Numbered from the stretch's first letter, positions 1 through 10,634 are shown. The stretch: 64,000 bases of DNA from Promethearchaeia archaeon (GCA_029856045.1 JAHQWG010000028.1:64001-128000), one strand, 5' to 3'. Numbers and translations are program-made. Notes: generated by a model from the letters alone, not told the origin.

Positions 1-2
1 AT

Positions 3-1691
3 ACTGAATTTAAAAATAGAATAATCTTAGTTTGTTTCTTTCTCTCATTATTTATTATTGCGACAATTTTCATGTTCATTACGCCAACTTCGATAAAGGT
101 TACACGTGGAGATGCAGTTACAACTTCAGATGGTGAGACTATTTCGTTTAATGTATTTGAACCAGTAGGTAGAGAAGCCGAAAAAAAACCAGCTGTAATA
201 ATTGCTCATGGAATTATGGCAAGTAAAGAAATAATGAATGGATACGCAGTGGAATTAGCTGCTGCGGGTTTCATAGCTGTGCCATTTGATTTCCGAGGTC
301 ACTCTCAAAGTTCAGGAATTCTTGATACGAGTAAAATACTTGAAGATGTTATAGCAATAAAAGACTACTTAAGTACACGGAGCGATGTGGATATACATAA
401 TCTCGGTTATATTGCATATAGTATGGGCGGCTTTCCTGGGAATATAATCATTAAAATAGACCCAGATTTCAAATGTTTTATAGGAGTTGGAACGTCATTA
501 GCTACTAACGCTTCGGATATAAGATTGGGAAATAGTACTGACCCACTTAATGTGTTAATTATTCAGGCAAAATTTGATGAGGCTATTCAATTATCGGGCA
601 CAAAAGCGGGAATAGGTTTAAGAATAGGTTTGGATGCTAATGATGTTGATGCTAATAAGTTGTATGGGAGTTTTAATGACGGAAATGCTACAAAGATTTT
701 TTACGATGATAACACAGATCATTTATTATTAGCTTGGGATCAAGATTTCATAAGGGAATCACGTAATTGGGTAATTAATACGTTTTCTTGGGTAAGACCC
801 GTTGATGAAAACTTTTATGTCAATGCTAGAGGCCTCATCTTGATTCTTCAGTGTATAGGAGGAATTGGATTTTTCTTTCTAATCTTAGAGCCACTCTCTA
901 ATTTAATTGTGAAAGCAAAGGAAGAAGATAGATATAAAATAGAATTACAAGATGAGACAATAAAAAGTCTTTCAATAAAAACAATTGGTTATTCATTGGG
1001 TCTCGGTGTAATAGGAATGATTATATTAATGCCATTTTTCCTCTTCCTTCCCTTATCTGTAGCAGGGATGATGGCAATGTTTAATTTCGGCTCTGAGTTT
1101 GCACTATTTATTATGCTATGGAGAACAGGTAAAAAAGCAGGTATATCGGTAAAAGAAATGATAAAAGGGGTATTTAAACGACCTCAAGGGAAATTAATGA
1201 GAGAAATCGTATTAGGGGTAATATTAGCAGCAGGGTTGTACATAATAATATATCTTTCGATTGGTTTAAATTATTTTTCTATGGCACCATATTTCATTAA
1301 AATTTTATGGATTCCACCGTATTACGCTGTTTTTTTCATTATTTTTCTAATATCAGGCGTGTTATTTCAATCTATAATTCAAGTAAAATTTGAAACCGAC
1401 CTCAAAAACACATATAAAGTATCGTTATTAATATTCGGTTTTAGATTTGTTTATTTTATAGTCTATATTTTGCTATTGAGTCTTCTAATGCGTTCTACTT
1501 TTTTCCTGCTCTTTACATTCGTAGCCATTCCAATACTTTTGCTGACAAGCTTTGTTTCCACTTTTCTTTATCAAAAAACAGGAAATATTATTCCATCTCT
1601 CATAGTAAATACAACTATATTTGTACTTGTTATTGGCACAGCGTCACCTTTTTTTCTTGGATTAAATATGCTTGCAATATTCAGCCATTAA
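3..1691 (+). CDS. Membrane-anchored alpha/beta hydrolase with C-terminal multi-pass membrane domain (5' end lies outside the window)
   Basis: The frame is open from position 3 (TEFKNRIILVCFFLSLFIIATIF, a TM helix, precedes the ATG at 72). Contains IIAHG, DFRGHSQS and the AYSMGG nucleophile elbow; C-terminal half is hydrophobic. Confidence 0.75.
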   Translation, partial: TEFKNRIILVCFFLSLFIIATIFMFITPTSIKVTRGDAVTTSDGETISFNVFEPVGREAEKKPAVIIAHGIMASKEIMNGYAVELAAAGFIAVPFDFRGHSQSSGILDTSKILEDVIAIKDYLSTRSDVDIHNLGYIAYSMGGFPGNIIIKIDPDFKCFIGVGTSLATNASDIRLGNSTDPLNVLIIQAKFDEAIQLSGTKAGIGLRIGLDANDVDANKLYGSFNDGNATKIFYDDNTDHLLLAWDQDFIRESRNWVINTFSWVRPVDENFYVNARGLILILQCIGGIGFFFLILEPLSNLIVKAKEEDRYKIELQDETIKSLSIKTIGYSLGLGVIGMIILMPFFLFLPLSVAGMMAMFNFGSEFALFIMLWRTGKKAGISVKEMIKGVFKRPQGKLMREIVLGVILAAGLYIIIYLSIGLNYFSMAPYFIKILWIPPYYAVFFIIFLISGVLFQSIIQVKFETDLKNTYKVSLLIFGFRFVYFIVYILLLSLLMRSTFFLLFTFVAIPILLLTSFVSTFLYQKTGNIIPSLIVNTTIFVLVIGTASPFFLGLNMLAIFSH

Positions 1692-1837
1692 ATAAAAAAT
1701 AATTCCAAATTCTTTTTTTTTTATTTTTGAAAGAAGTATATAGCTAAATAATTATTGTTTCATCGTTTTTTAAGAAAAAATCGCTACGATAAATTGTTTC
1801 AACTTCGCTATATTACTCTATTAGCGAGATTTAAGCA

Positions 1838-4027
1838 TTACCAAGATATTCCTTTTCTGAACTTTATATCTGAAATAATTGAGTCCTTTAAATCTTTCGG
1901 AACGGGTTGAAATGAATGAAAGATATTTTGCCAAAATGCTCTACCTGAGGTTTTATTTCTTATATCTTCGGCAAAATCCATGGCGTATCTAACTGGCATA
2001 AAAAAATCAATTAATGTTTGATATTCATTATCTTGAAACATTTTATTAACTTTTAATTGGTATTTAGCCAATAGATTTAATGCTTTTTTTATCAATTCAG
2101 GAGGAAGTTGGATTGTGGTTTGATAAATTGGTTCAAGTAAAACCAATCGAGCCTCATTTAAACCTTTTTTAATAGCATCATATATCATAGTAGTTAATTC
2201 TGAAATTGAACTCTCTTCTTCTTTGGATGAAATGTTAATAGCTTCTATTATAATTTTTATTTCTGTAAGAACCTCACCACAGAGGGGGCCATTCAAACAA
2301 ATTTTATTAATGATGTCAATGATTTTGTTCTTATCTTTGTCATTTAGTTTGATATCCTTAATATCCAACGGAGTATTGATTAATACATTTAAATTATTAT
2401 CACAATTAAGAAATCCTTCAATTTCTTTTGATGGAAGATTAGTTTTTTCTTTTAAAAATTCTTTTAATTTATTTAATGGCTTAATAATTTTATGTTCGCC
2501 AGATCTAAAGAATTGAAGTGTTTTGTGATCTAAGCGTTTGATTTTGATTTGAATTGAATTTTTCCCATTTGGTGAAATGGATGAAATTGATGATGATTTG
2601 GTCATACAGGATTCCTTAAAAACGCTTCGTGGCTTAGACATATCAACTCCAATACCTCTTTTTTTAATTTCATTAACACTAACCTCTAAATGCAATGGTC
2701 CCATTCCAGAGAGCAATAATTCACCAGTTTCTGGACTTTCAGTATATTGCAAATTTGGATCTTCAATAAGTAAATCTTCGATATGAGCTTTTAATGGATC
2801 CAAATCCTTCAGGTATTCGGGTTCCACTGATACAGTAATAACTGGTGTAGTAATGTATTTCACATTTTCAAATGCAATCATTTGATCAGAGAATTTTGTC
2901 TCGATTAGTGTTTCCCCACTTTTTATATTCTTTAAACCTCCAATTGCAGCAATATTTCCAACAGGTATCTCTTCTACAAGGTCTCTTCTTGCACCCATAA
3001 ATATTGCAACAGATTGTATAATCTGTTCATTATTTTCTCTTAAAAGAAATGTTGGATTTTTTATTCTTAATACACCAGAAAATATTCTTCCAGTTCCAAT
3101 TAATCTACCTTTATCATTTATAACTTTACTAAGGCAAATTATTAATGGCCCATTTGGATCACATTCTATCATAGCCTTTCCGATCTCTGAGGTGATATCT
3201 CCTTCCCAAATTTTTTTGATTCGATACTTTTGAGCTTCTTTAGGATTTGGAATGTGATCTACAACCATTTCTAATATTGCTTCATGGATTGGATTTAAGA
3301 CAGCTAGTGATTCAAAACCATTATTAAGATATTTATTTCGTAGGTCTTCAAAAGATATTTTATTTTTCTCGAATATAGATAATGTAAAGCCCCATTTATG
3401 CAGAGCCGAACCAAATGCAACTGTTCCAGCTGCAGGAGACACTTTCCATTCATCTTTAAATTCCGAATCTGCGTATCTTTCAATTAATTTATTAAAATCA
3501 TTTATTATTCGAGAAATTTTTTTCCTAATTTGATTAGGCTTTAATTTTAATTCTCTAAATAATCGATCTAACTTATTAATGAATAGAACAGGCTTTACAC
3601 CTTCTTGTAATGCTTGTTTAATCACCGTTTCTGATTGTGTTATAATTTCCTCCACTGCATCAACTATAACAATAACTCCATCAATCAATCTTAGAGCTCT
3701 TGTAACTTTACCGCTAAAATCTAAATGTCCTGGAGTATCAACTAAATTTATTAAAAATTCCTCGTTTCTACCTAATACTTTCTCATAATATAAAGAGATA
3801 TTAGTTGATTTCATAGTGATACCACGCCTTTGTTCTTCTTCTAAGTAATCTAAAACTCTCGCTTCTCCCGCAAGATCAGGTGAGAGTAATCCAGCTTCAC
3901 TCAAAAGTGAATCAGATAATGTTGTCTTACCATGGTCAATATGGCCAACAAGACCAATATTTCGAATTTTTTCAACTTTATGCATAAGTTTTAAAATCTC
4001 TATGATTTCCTTAGATCTACGAGGCAA
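1838..4027 (-). CDS. fusA: Elongation factor 2 paralogue (aEF-2p-like translational GTPase lacking the diphthamide His)
   Basis: GHIDHGKTT, RGIT, DTPGH, NKLD and GSAL motifs; GMGPLHL and LLEPIY; full EF-2 length. The domain IV loop reads AINISSKEEESSISEL instead of the usual HEDxxHRGPAQ. TTG start. Confidence 0.9.
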   Translation of the reverse strand: MPRRSKEIIEILKLMHKVEKIRNIGLVGHIDHGKTTLSDSLLSEAGLLSPDLAGEARVLDYLEEEQRRGITMKSTNISLYYEKVLGRNEEFLINLVDTPGHLDFSGKVTRALRLIDGVIVIVDAVEEIITQSETVIKQALQEGVKPVLFINKLDRLFRELKLKPNQIRKKISRIINDFNKLIERYADSEFKDEWKVSPAAGTVAFGSALHKWGFTLSIFEKNKISFEDLRNKYLNNGFESLAVLNPIHEAILEMVVDHIPNPKEAQKYRIKKIWEGDITSEIGKAMIECDPNGPLIICLSKVINDKGRLIGTGRIFSGVLRIKNPTFLLRENNEQIIQSVAIFMGARRDLVEEIPVGNIAAIGGLKNIKSGETLIETKFSDQMIAFENVKYITTPVITVSVEPEYLKDLDPLKAHIEDLLIEDPNLQYTESPETGELLLSGMGPLHLEVSVNEIKKRGIGVDMSKPRSVFKESCMTKSSSISSISPNGKNSIQIKIKRLDHKTLQFFRSGEHKIIKPLNKLKEFLKEKTNLPSKEIEGFLNCDNNLNVLINTPLDIKDIKLNDKDKNKIIDIINKICLNGPLCGEVLTEIKIIIEAINISSKEEESSISELTTMIYDAIKKGLNEARLVLLEPIYQTTIQLPPELIKKALNLLAKYQLKVNKMFQDNEYQTLIDFFMPVRYAMDFAEDIRNKTSGRAFWQNIFHSFQPVPKDLKDSIISDIKFRKGISW

Positions 4028-4107
4028 ATTTCAAATCAACGATTTAAGATTAGTTAGTATATAAAGAAATAAATAATCAGTTTAATATCTTATTGTTCTA
4101 ACTTGGG

Positions 4108-4225
4108 GGGAAATGATTTTAGCAACTCAAGATCTTCGTCATAGAAATTATAATTTACGGAAATTTTTAGAAATTTCACCAATTTAATTCTCAGCTGGGT
4201 CAGATTGCTCATTAAATCATTTCCC
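4108..4225. repeat. Intergenic inverted repeat enclosing small hairpins
   Basis: GGGAAATGATTT (4108-4119) is the exact reverse complement of AAATCATTTCCC (4214-4225), extended inward by AGCAA/TTGCT. Confidence 0.6.
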
Positions 4226-4349
4226 TATTTTAATTATTAAATATACATATATAAGAATTCGCTTTATTGAGTAAATTGAGAATTGTTAAAAATTTAACAA
4301 GTTATTTTTAAAGATAAGTTTAGTTTAATAATAATAGGAATATAGAATC

Positions 4350-4910
4350 ATGATGATCACGAAATTTGCTGTTGTTGATATTGAAACTACTCATACTAAT
4401 TCGACCGAGGGAACAATAGTAGAAGTTGGGATTTGTTGTGTAGATTTAGAGAATAAAAAATTTATAAAACTTCTTGATACTATCGTAAGGGAACCTAATT
4501 TTAAGAATTATAATGCATGGATCTTTGATAATTCATCACTTACTATTGAAGATGTTCTAAACGCCCCTGAGTGGGTAGAAATACAGCCTAAAATTATTGA
4601 GATTTTTAAAAGATTTCCAGTTACTGCATATAGTAAGCTTTTTGATTTCACTTGGTTAAAGCATCGTGGGGTATATACAGTAAAAGAACTTCCCGACCCA
4701 ATGCTTGAATCTACTAATATTCTAAAATTATCACAATTAAATCCTGAATTAGGCGAATATAAATGGCCAAAAGTCGAGGAATGTTGGCAATATTATTTTC
4801 CAAATATTCCCTACAGAGAAAGACATCGAGCATATGATGATTGTATCCATGAAGCCGCTATTATTTATGAAATGTATCGTCGTGGGCACTATATTTTGGA
4901 AATAGAGTAA
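4350..4910 (+). CDS. DEDDh 3'-5' exonuclease (DnaQ-like)
   Basis: ExoI VDIETT, ExoII-like YSKLFDF, ExoIII HRAYDDC. Confidence 0.85.
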   Translation: MMITKFAVVDIETTHTNSTEGTIVEVGICCVDLENKKFIKLLDTIVREPNFKNYNAWIFDNSSLTIEDVLNAPEWVEIQPKIIEIFKRFPVTAYSKLFDFTWLKHRGVYTVKELPDPMLESTNILKLSQLNPELGEYKWPKVEECWQYYFPNIPYRERHRAYDDCIHEAAIIYEMYRRGHYILEIE

Positions 4911-4916
4911 TTCCAT

Positions 4917-5126
4917 TCATTCTTTCCTTTTAATAAAATATTCGCAATTTAAAATTGGCATATCCCAAGGTTTTGCAAATCCAATTGCGTTGAATTTCAA
5001 ACAAAGAAGCGGCAGATCTTCTTTAGGACGTTTTGCGAATTTACAGAATAAACAGCTTTTAGAATATTGTTGCTGATAAATTTTTTTTTGGGTTTTTTCT
5101 ATTTTATTTTCAATCAATTTTAACAT
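4917..5126 (-). CDS. Small Cys-rich hypothetical protein
   Basis: 69-aa ORF with CLFC...C...C, a possible Zn site; converges on the exonuclease gene. Confidence 0.45.
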   Translation of the reverse strand: MLKLIENKIEKTQKKIYQQQYSKSCLFCKFAKRPKEDLPLLCLKFNAIGFAKPWDMPILNCEYFIKRKE

Positions 5127-5503
5127 CGCTTTTTTGTATTAAATTAACAAAGAAATAAGTATATTTAAAGAAAAAAACAAGGTTGTGTACAAAATTCAGT
5201 GATGACTGACAGGTGAATTCAATTGAAAATTAGATCTCGAACAAACGATTAAGGAAATTTTAAATTAATCCAATAAAAATTATAATAAGAAAAATAATGT
5301 TCTATTTGTTCTGAAGATGAATTTAAATATGCCTTCCATGAAGGAGAAATATTGCCCACAATGGTTTATAAATTTTAATCTTTTTATCAAGGGATTCTCT
5401 AAATTCACTGACATTATTGTAAAGTATGATTAAATTGAATTCGCCAAAACCAGTCTCTTTATCCAAGTTAGGAAATAGAATATTTAAATAATTAATTCTC
5501 TAT

Positions 5504-6277
5504 TTGATCCATAGCATGCTCCAAATTTTTATATTGAACGTTCAATTGGAGTTCATATCGTTTTTCATATTTATTACATTATTGGCGGGAGAATTTTTAA
5601 TTCTTTTTGTATATTATGTTAAAGGAGGATTTCAAAAAGAAAATGCAAAATCTGGCCTATATTTTTTAATTCTGGTTTTTTATTTTATTTATTTTGGTCT
5701 AAGTTTCATAAATCTATTTATTTTTGTAATATCATTTAGTATTTTATTTTATTGGTCCTCTTATATTTATGTAAAATCCGAATTTTCAAATAAAAACGAT
5801 GGTTTATTGCAAATTAATTGGTATTGGTCATCGGTTTTCTTTTATATGTATATGCTTTATTTTTATTTTAAAAATTTTAATACTCTTAATGGACTTATAT
5901 TCTCTTCAATTATTCAAATGATGCTTGTATTATGGCTATATTTTACGTTTAATCGTTATTTATTTAATAAAAAAAAAGCAGTTTCTTTTAGAAACAAAGC
6001 TCGTGAAGAATTAGACAAAAAAAAATATGAAGAGGCATTAAATTTCCTTAAAGAAGCAGTTCAGGCTTCAAACAATATAATCGGCATAACAAAATTAGAG
6101 ACTCAATTGGAGATAGAATTTAAAAATATGGAAACCGCTATTAAAGAAGGTAATTTTAAAAATCTTGAAAACATATTACCTGAAATTATTAATCAGAAGA
6201 CTCAAATTTTAGCATATTTTATTATTTGTTCTATCTTTATATTTATAATAGTCTTATTTCTAATTTTCATTTTTTGA
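5504..6277 (+). CDS. Hypothetical membrane protein with a TPR-like helix pair (start may be ATG 5516)
   Basis: Several TM segments, then KAREELDKKKYEEALNFLKEA and a C-terminal TM. Confidence 0.6.
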   Translation: MIHSMLQIFILNVQLEFISFFIFITLLAGEFLILFVYYVKGGFQKENAKSGLYFLILVFYFIYFGLSFINLFIFVISFSILFYWSSYIYVKSEFSNKNDGLLQINWYWSSVFFYMYMLYFYFKNFNTLNGLIFSSIIQMMLVLWLYFTFNRYLFNKKKAVSFRNKAREELDKKKYEEALNFLKEAVQASNNIIGITKLETQLEIEFKNMETAIKEGNFKNLENILPEIINQKTQILAYFIICSIFIFIIVLFLIFIF

Positions 6278-6438
6278 CTATAATTAATATAATAAAATCG
6301 TTTTTGAAAATTTTCTTTATAGAGTAGTTCCCACCAAAAAAGATTAGAATGTTACTTAGCGTTTTAAACCCCATCACTGGATTTTGCAACCACCCAAAAA
6401 CAAAGAAAAAGAATTAAAAAAAAAAGAATTAATTAAAT

Positions 6439-7404
6439 CTACTTTATAAAAGATTTTTTTTTCATTTTAAGCCCTAAATAAAGTATTGATATCAATGAAA
6501 CAATACCAATAATTCCAAATGGAAATCCGGGGATCTCTGACGTTGAAATATCTTGATAAACCTCGCTTGGATATATTGCATTTAGGGTATGTAGATATGT
6601 ATTACTAGTTATATCCTGTTCCTTGGTATTATTATTAAATTCAGACAATGTCATGTTCATATCTAATGTAGCCAAGCGAAGTACATTAGTATTTGCGCCA
6701 TAAAACACTTCTCCTGTCATTATTAATGTTGAATTGGTCCAAGCATTTGATTCTGTAGGATATGAACCAAGCAATTCGATTTGGACACCCAGTGTTATTA
6801 CATAATTTATACTACGTGCGGTTTTTGAGATAACTTCAGTGCTATTAGAAGAGGTTTCAATATCACCCGTTTGTTTATCAATTGACAATAAATTTCCGAA
6901 AACCCAAAAAAAGATAGCAACAAGCATAATTGGAGAATTAACAAATACTAAGGGAACATATTCATTATCAAGGCTAGCCAGAGAAACATCCTTTGCATTC
7001 CAAAATCCTTGATAATGTGTTAAGATAGTATCGTTTATATAATAACTTGAGTTACCTCCCCAAGCCGAAAACCCAGGACCATTTTGATAGTCTGGTGCTG
7101 GCGTCATATCACCATCTCTCTCGTAATACGCACCTGTTATATTCACTGCATTTCCAAAAAATGGATAATTTCCTATTTCTACAGATTCTGCCTTGAATCG
7201 AATATGTGATGTTCGTATAGGAGTATTAAAAGAGTCTCCCAACTGATCTATTCCATATTCATTAATCTTGCTTTTCCAGAGTACAACATTTTCCTCTCCA
7301 TTTTCCCACCAAACATCGTTAATAGTGATAGCTAAAACAGTAGGCATAAAATTCAGATATATTAAAAAGCAAATTGAAATAAGTATTATTTTTTTTTTTA
7401 TCAC
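6439..7404 (-). CDS. Secreted/surface protein with C-terminal PGF/Loki-CTERM-like sorting signal
   Basis: N-terminal signal peptide (MIKKKIILISICF...VLA); several N-x-S/T sequons; C-terminus EIPGFP + TM helix + KMKKK. Confidence 0.8.
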   Translation of the reverse strand: MIKKKIILISICFLIYLNFMPTVLAITINDVWWENGEENVVLWKSKINEYGIDQLGDSFNTPIRTSHIRFKAESVEIGNYPFFGNAVNITGAYYERDGDMTPAPDYQNGPGFSAWGGNSSYYINDTILTHYQGFWNAKDVSLASLDNEYVPLVFVNSPIMLVAIFFWVFGNLLSIDKQTGDIETSSNSTEVISKTARSINYVITLGVQIELLGSYPTESNAWTNSTLIMTGEVFYGANTNVLRLATLDMNMTLSEFNNNTKEQDITSNTYLHTLNAIYPSEVYQDISTSEIPGFPFGIIGIVSLISILYLGLKMKKKSFIK

Positions 7405-7696
7405 TTTATACTACACCCAATAAAAATTTAAATTAGAATTAATCAAAAAATATATCCAAGTTCTTATATTTATTATTTAAGGTTTTTTTTGAATAACAAG
7501 TAAATATTTCGATAATTATAAAATCGAATTCCCTTTAAAATTGATGAAATAGGTGTTAAAAATTCTTGATTATCTTTCTTAAAGATATCCTTTAAACAAA
7601 AAAGTAGCATGTGTTTATAAATATCTAGATAATTAAGTTGTAATGATGAGATTCCTTTATTTTATAAATTCTTTTTAATGAGATTAATAATTGATT

Positions 7697-8331
7697 TTAA
7701 TCCAAATGAACTTCCCCATTAATTCTCACAATCCGACCTTCTACTTTCAATCGGCCATCGCAATATAATTCAATTGCTTTTGGAAAAATTTTATGCTCCC
7801 CTTTAAATTTCTTGCTCCAAGTGTGTCTTCGGTGTCGGTATCATATGCAGGAACACATTTTTGAATAATTATAGGTCCATGATCAGAATGATGATCTACA
7901 AAATGAACAGTACAACCTGATACTTTTACTCCGTATTCTACTGCATCTCGCTGGGCATGCATACCCTTGAATGAAGGGAGAAGGGCTGGGTGTATATTCA
8001 TGACATTTCCTTTAAATTGGTCAAGAAAATATTGGCTTACTAACCTCATGTACCCCACTAAGACAATTAAGTCGCAAGAGTATTCTTTTAGAATCTTTAC
8101 TAATTTTTTATCAAATTCCTCTCTTGTTCCTTTATGTTTATCCGATTCAATTAAATAGTAAGGGATATTAAAGTTCTTAGCACGTTTCATACATAGAGCC
8201 CCCGGTTTATTACAAATGAGTACAACAACTTTTGCTTTATTTTTTAGGATGCCCTCTTCCGTTGCTTTAATAATTGCTTCGAAATTAGATCCCGACCCTG
8301 AAGCTATAGCTCCAATTTTTACAAGTGTCAT
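7697..8331 (-). CDS. purN: Phosphoribosylglycinamide formyltransferase, with a -1 frameshift near 7800
   Basis: SGSGSNFEAI, GYMRLV, NIHPALLPSFKG, GCTVHFV and DHGPII motifs. The conserved C-terminus EHKIFPKAIELYCDGRL is in the -1 frame, ending at TAA 7699-7697; the 0 frame stops at 7747. Confidence 0.9.
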
Positions 8332-8629
8332 GGTTAATCGAATTATTAATTTTTAGAATTTTAAAATTATTTATTATTATAATAAACTTTTTATAATTAT
8401 GCTAATATAGTTTATTTGGAATAAGCTCTTTAATGAAAATTTTATAGCAATTTTATTAATGAAATACAAATAAAAGAGATTTAATCTCTCGTAATAAATA
8501 ATCTCATATTAATCTGATTAATTATATCTTTATTTGATATGTATATATTTTAATGTTTTATTATCATAAATTGCAAATCATATAAATTATTTAATAAATA
8601 AGAAACTGATTCTTTAAATACTGAGTAAA

Positions 8630-10537
8630 ATGAGTTGCGAACGTGAATTAAACAGAATAAAAACTGTAATTAAAAAAAATCTTCCAGAAGAAATAAATAT
8701 AAAAAAGATCGAATTTGAGGGTCCTGATATAGCGGTTTATTCTGAAAATCCTAAAATTTTAATAGAAGAAGCTAATATTTTAAAAGAATTAGCAAAAAAG
8801 ATGCGTAAAAGGATTGTGGTTAGATGGAATGTTGAAAAACGTAGAGATATGGGAGAAACCGAGGAATATATTAAAAATTTAGTTGGAGAAGATGCAGAAA
8901 TTTCAAATATCGAATTTGATGAGAATAAAGGAGAAGTAATTATTGAATCTGTGAAACCAGGATTGGTTATTGGCAAAAAAGGAAATAACTTAACAGAGAT
9001 AAGAAAAAATACATTTTGGCAACCATTAACGATAAGATCTCCACCTATAGACTCTAAAACGATTAAGTTAATTAGAGGTATGTTAAAGACTGAACGCTCT
9101 AAACAAAAGCAAATTCTTCTTAAAATTGGAAAAAGAATACATCGACCTACTCTATTTAACGATTTAAGAATACGAATGACTGCTTTAGGAGGTTTCAGAG
9201 AAGTTGGGAGATCATGTATTTTAATCCAAACAAATGATAGTAATATATTATTAGATTGCGGAATAAATGTTGGAAATAGTAATAATCAATTTCCCTTTTT
9301 TGAGGTCCCACAATTTACAATAAAAGATTTAGATGCAGTTATTTTAAGCCATGCCCATTTAGACCATTCAGGGTTTATTCCATTCCTTTATAAATATGGT
9401 TATCGTGGTCCACTTTATTGTACTCTTCCAACACGTAATTTATCAACAATGCTTCAATTAGATTACATTCAAATCGCTGAGAGAGAAGCACGACCACCTC
9501 CCTATTCAAAAAGGGATGTAAAAACCACTGTACTACATACAATTCCATTATCATATGGGAAAGTTACAGACATCGCTCCAGATGTTAAATTAACATTGCA
9601 TAATTCAGGACATATTCTTGGTGGATCAGTTATTCATTTACATTTTGGAGATGGTGGGTATAATTTTGTTTATACTGGAGATTTTAAATTTCAGAAAACA
9701 AGATTATTAGAACCCGCGTCTGTGAACTTTCCCCGAGTTGAATGTCTTTTGACTGAATCTACTTACGGTGGAGCACAAGATCGAATTCCAAGCCGTCATG
9801 AATCTGAAAAGGAACTTAGAAATGTAGTTAACGCTCATATCAGGAAAGGTGGAAAAATATTAATTCCTGTTTTAGCAGTGGGACGAGCACAAGAATTAAT
9901 CATTATTCTTGAAGAATTTATTTCTCATGGATTAATTGATAAGGTTCCTATTTTTTTAGACGGATTAATCAGTGAAGCGACAGCTATACATACTGCTAAT
10001 CCAGACTTTTTAAGTAGCGATTTAAGAGAAAAAATCCTTCATCAAGGGAAAAATCCTTTTTTAAGTGAATATTTCACAACTATAAATTCAAAAGATGAAC
10101 GAAAGGATGTACTTAAAGGAGGTCCGTGCATTATTTTAGCTACATCTGGAATGTTGATTGGTGGACCTTCATTAATATATTTAAAAGAATTAGCTAACGA
10201 TCCGAAAAATGGATTGATATTTGTATCATATCAAGTTGAAGGAACATTAGGTCGCAGGATTCAAAAAGGTTTTAAAGAATTTCAATACGAAGATACAAGA
10301 GGACGAACCCAACTCGTTAAAATAAATTTAAGTCTTTATACAATAGAGGGATTCAGTGGTCACAGTTCAAGATCGCAAATCTCTCAATATATACGCAAGA
10401 TCAACCCATCTCCCCGTCTAATTATTGTAAATCACGGAGAAGAATCAAAAACGGTGAGTCTTTCATCATTGCTACATAAGAAGCTAAAGCGAACGACTAA
10501 AAGCCCAGCTAATATGGAAACACTTCGTCTAAAATAA
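8630..10537 (+). CDS. fttA: Beta-CASP ribonuclease aCPSF1 (transcription termination factor FttA)
   Basis: N-terminal KH domains (EFEGP, KPGLVIGKKG), LGGFREVGRS, SHAHLDH, GHILG, ESTYG, FSGHS, NHGE; 635 aa. Confidence 0.95.
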   Translation: MSCERELNRIKTVIKKNLPEEINIKKIEFEGPDIAVYSENPKILIEEANILKELAKKMRKRIVVRWNVEKRRDMGETEEYIKNLVGEDAEISNIEFDENKGEVIIESVKPGLVIGKKGNNLTEIRKNTFWQPLTIRSPPIDSKTIKLIRGMLKTERSKQKQILLKIGKRIHRPTLFNDLRIRMTALGGFREVGRSCILIQTNDSNILLDCGINVGNSNNQFPFFEVPQFTIKDLDAVILSHAHLDHSGFIPFLYKYGYRGPLYCTLPTRNLSTMLQLDYIQIAEREARPPPYSKRDVKTTVLHTIPLSYGKVTDIAPDVKLTLHNSGHILGGSVIHLHFGDGGYNFVYTGDFKFQKTRLLEPASVNFPRVECLLTESTYGGAQDRIPSRHESEKELRNVVNAHIRKGGKILIPVLAVGRAQELIIILEEFISHGLIDKVPIFLDGLISEATAIHTANPDFLSSDLREKILHQGKNPFLSEYFTTINSKDERKDVLKGGPCIILATSGMLIGGPSLIYLKELANDPKNGLIFVSYQVEGTLGRRIQKGFKEFQYEDTRGRTQLVKINLSLYTIEGFSGHSSRSQISQYIRKINPSPRLIIVNHGEESKTVSLSSLLHKKLKRTTKSPANMETLRLK

Positions 10538-10634
10538 TCATTTCTAAGCGTTAAGTGTAAAATATTTTTTCATAAAAATTATAATAAATCTATTTTTAAT
10601 TTATTAATATCCTCAATAAAATATGTAATTTTTT

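Noticed and set aside
5325-5500. Start-less 58-codon minus-strand frame (…LFPNLDKETGFGEFNL…)
   Set aside because: Possibly a gene remnant, but no family is recognisable.
6325-6400. GC-richer intergenic patch with CCACC(C)AAAAA twice
   Set aside because: No stable fold, complete C/D boxes or recognisable coding remnant.
7795-7812. purN frameshift as a second intron
   Set aside because: Spacing from AR to EH shows one base missing rather than an insertion, and no BHB structure is present.
8475-8489. Palindrome AGAGATT-T-AATCTCT between purN and aCPSF1
   Set aside because: A single 7-bp arm in very AT-rich DNA with no second copy noticed; could be chance.
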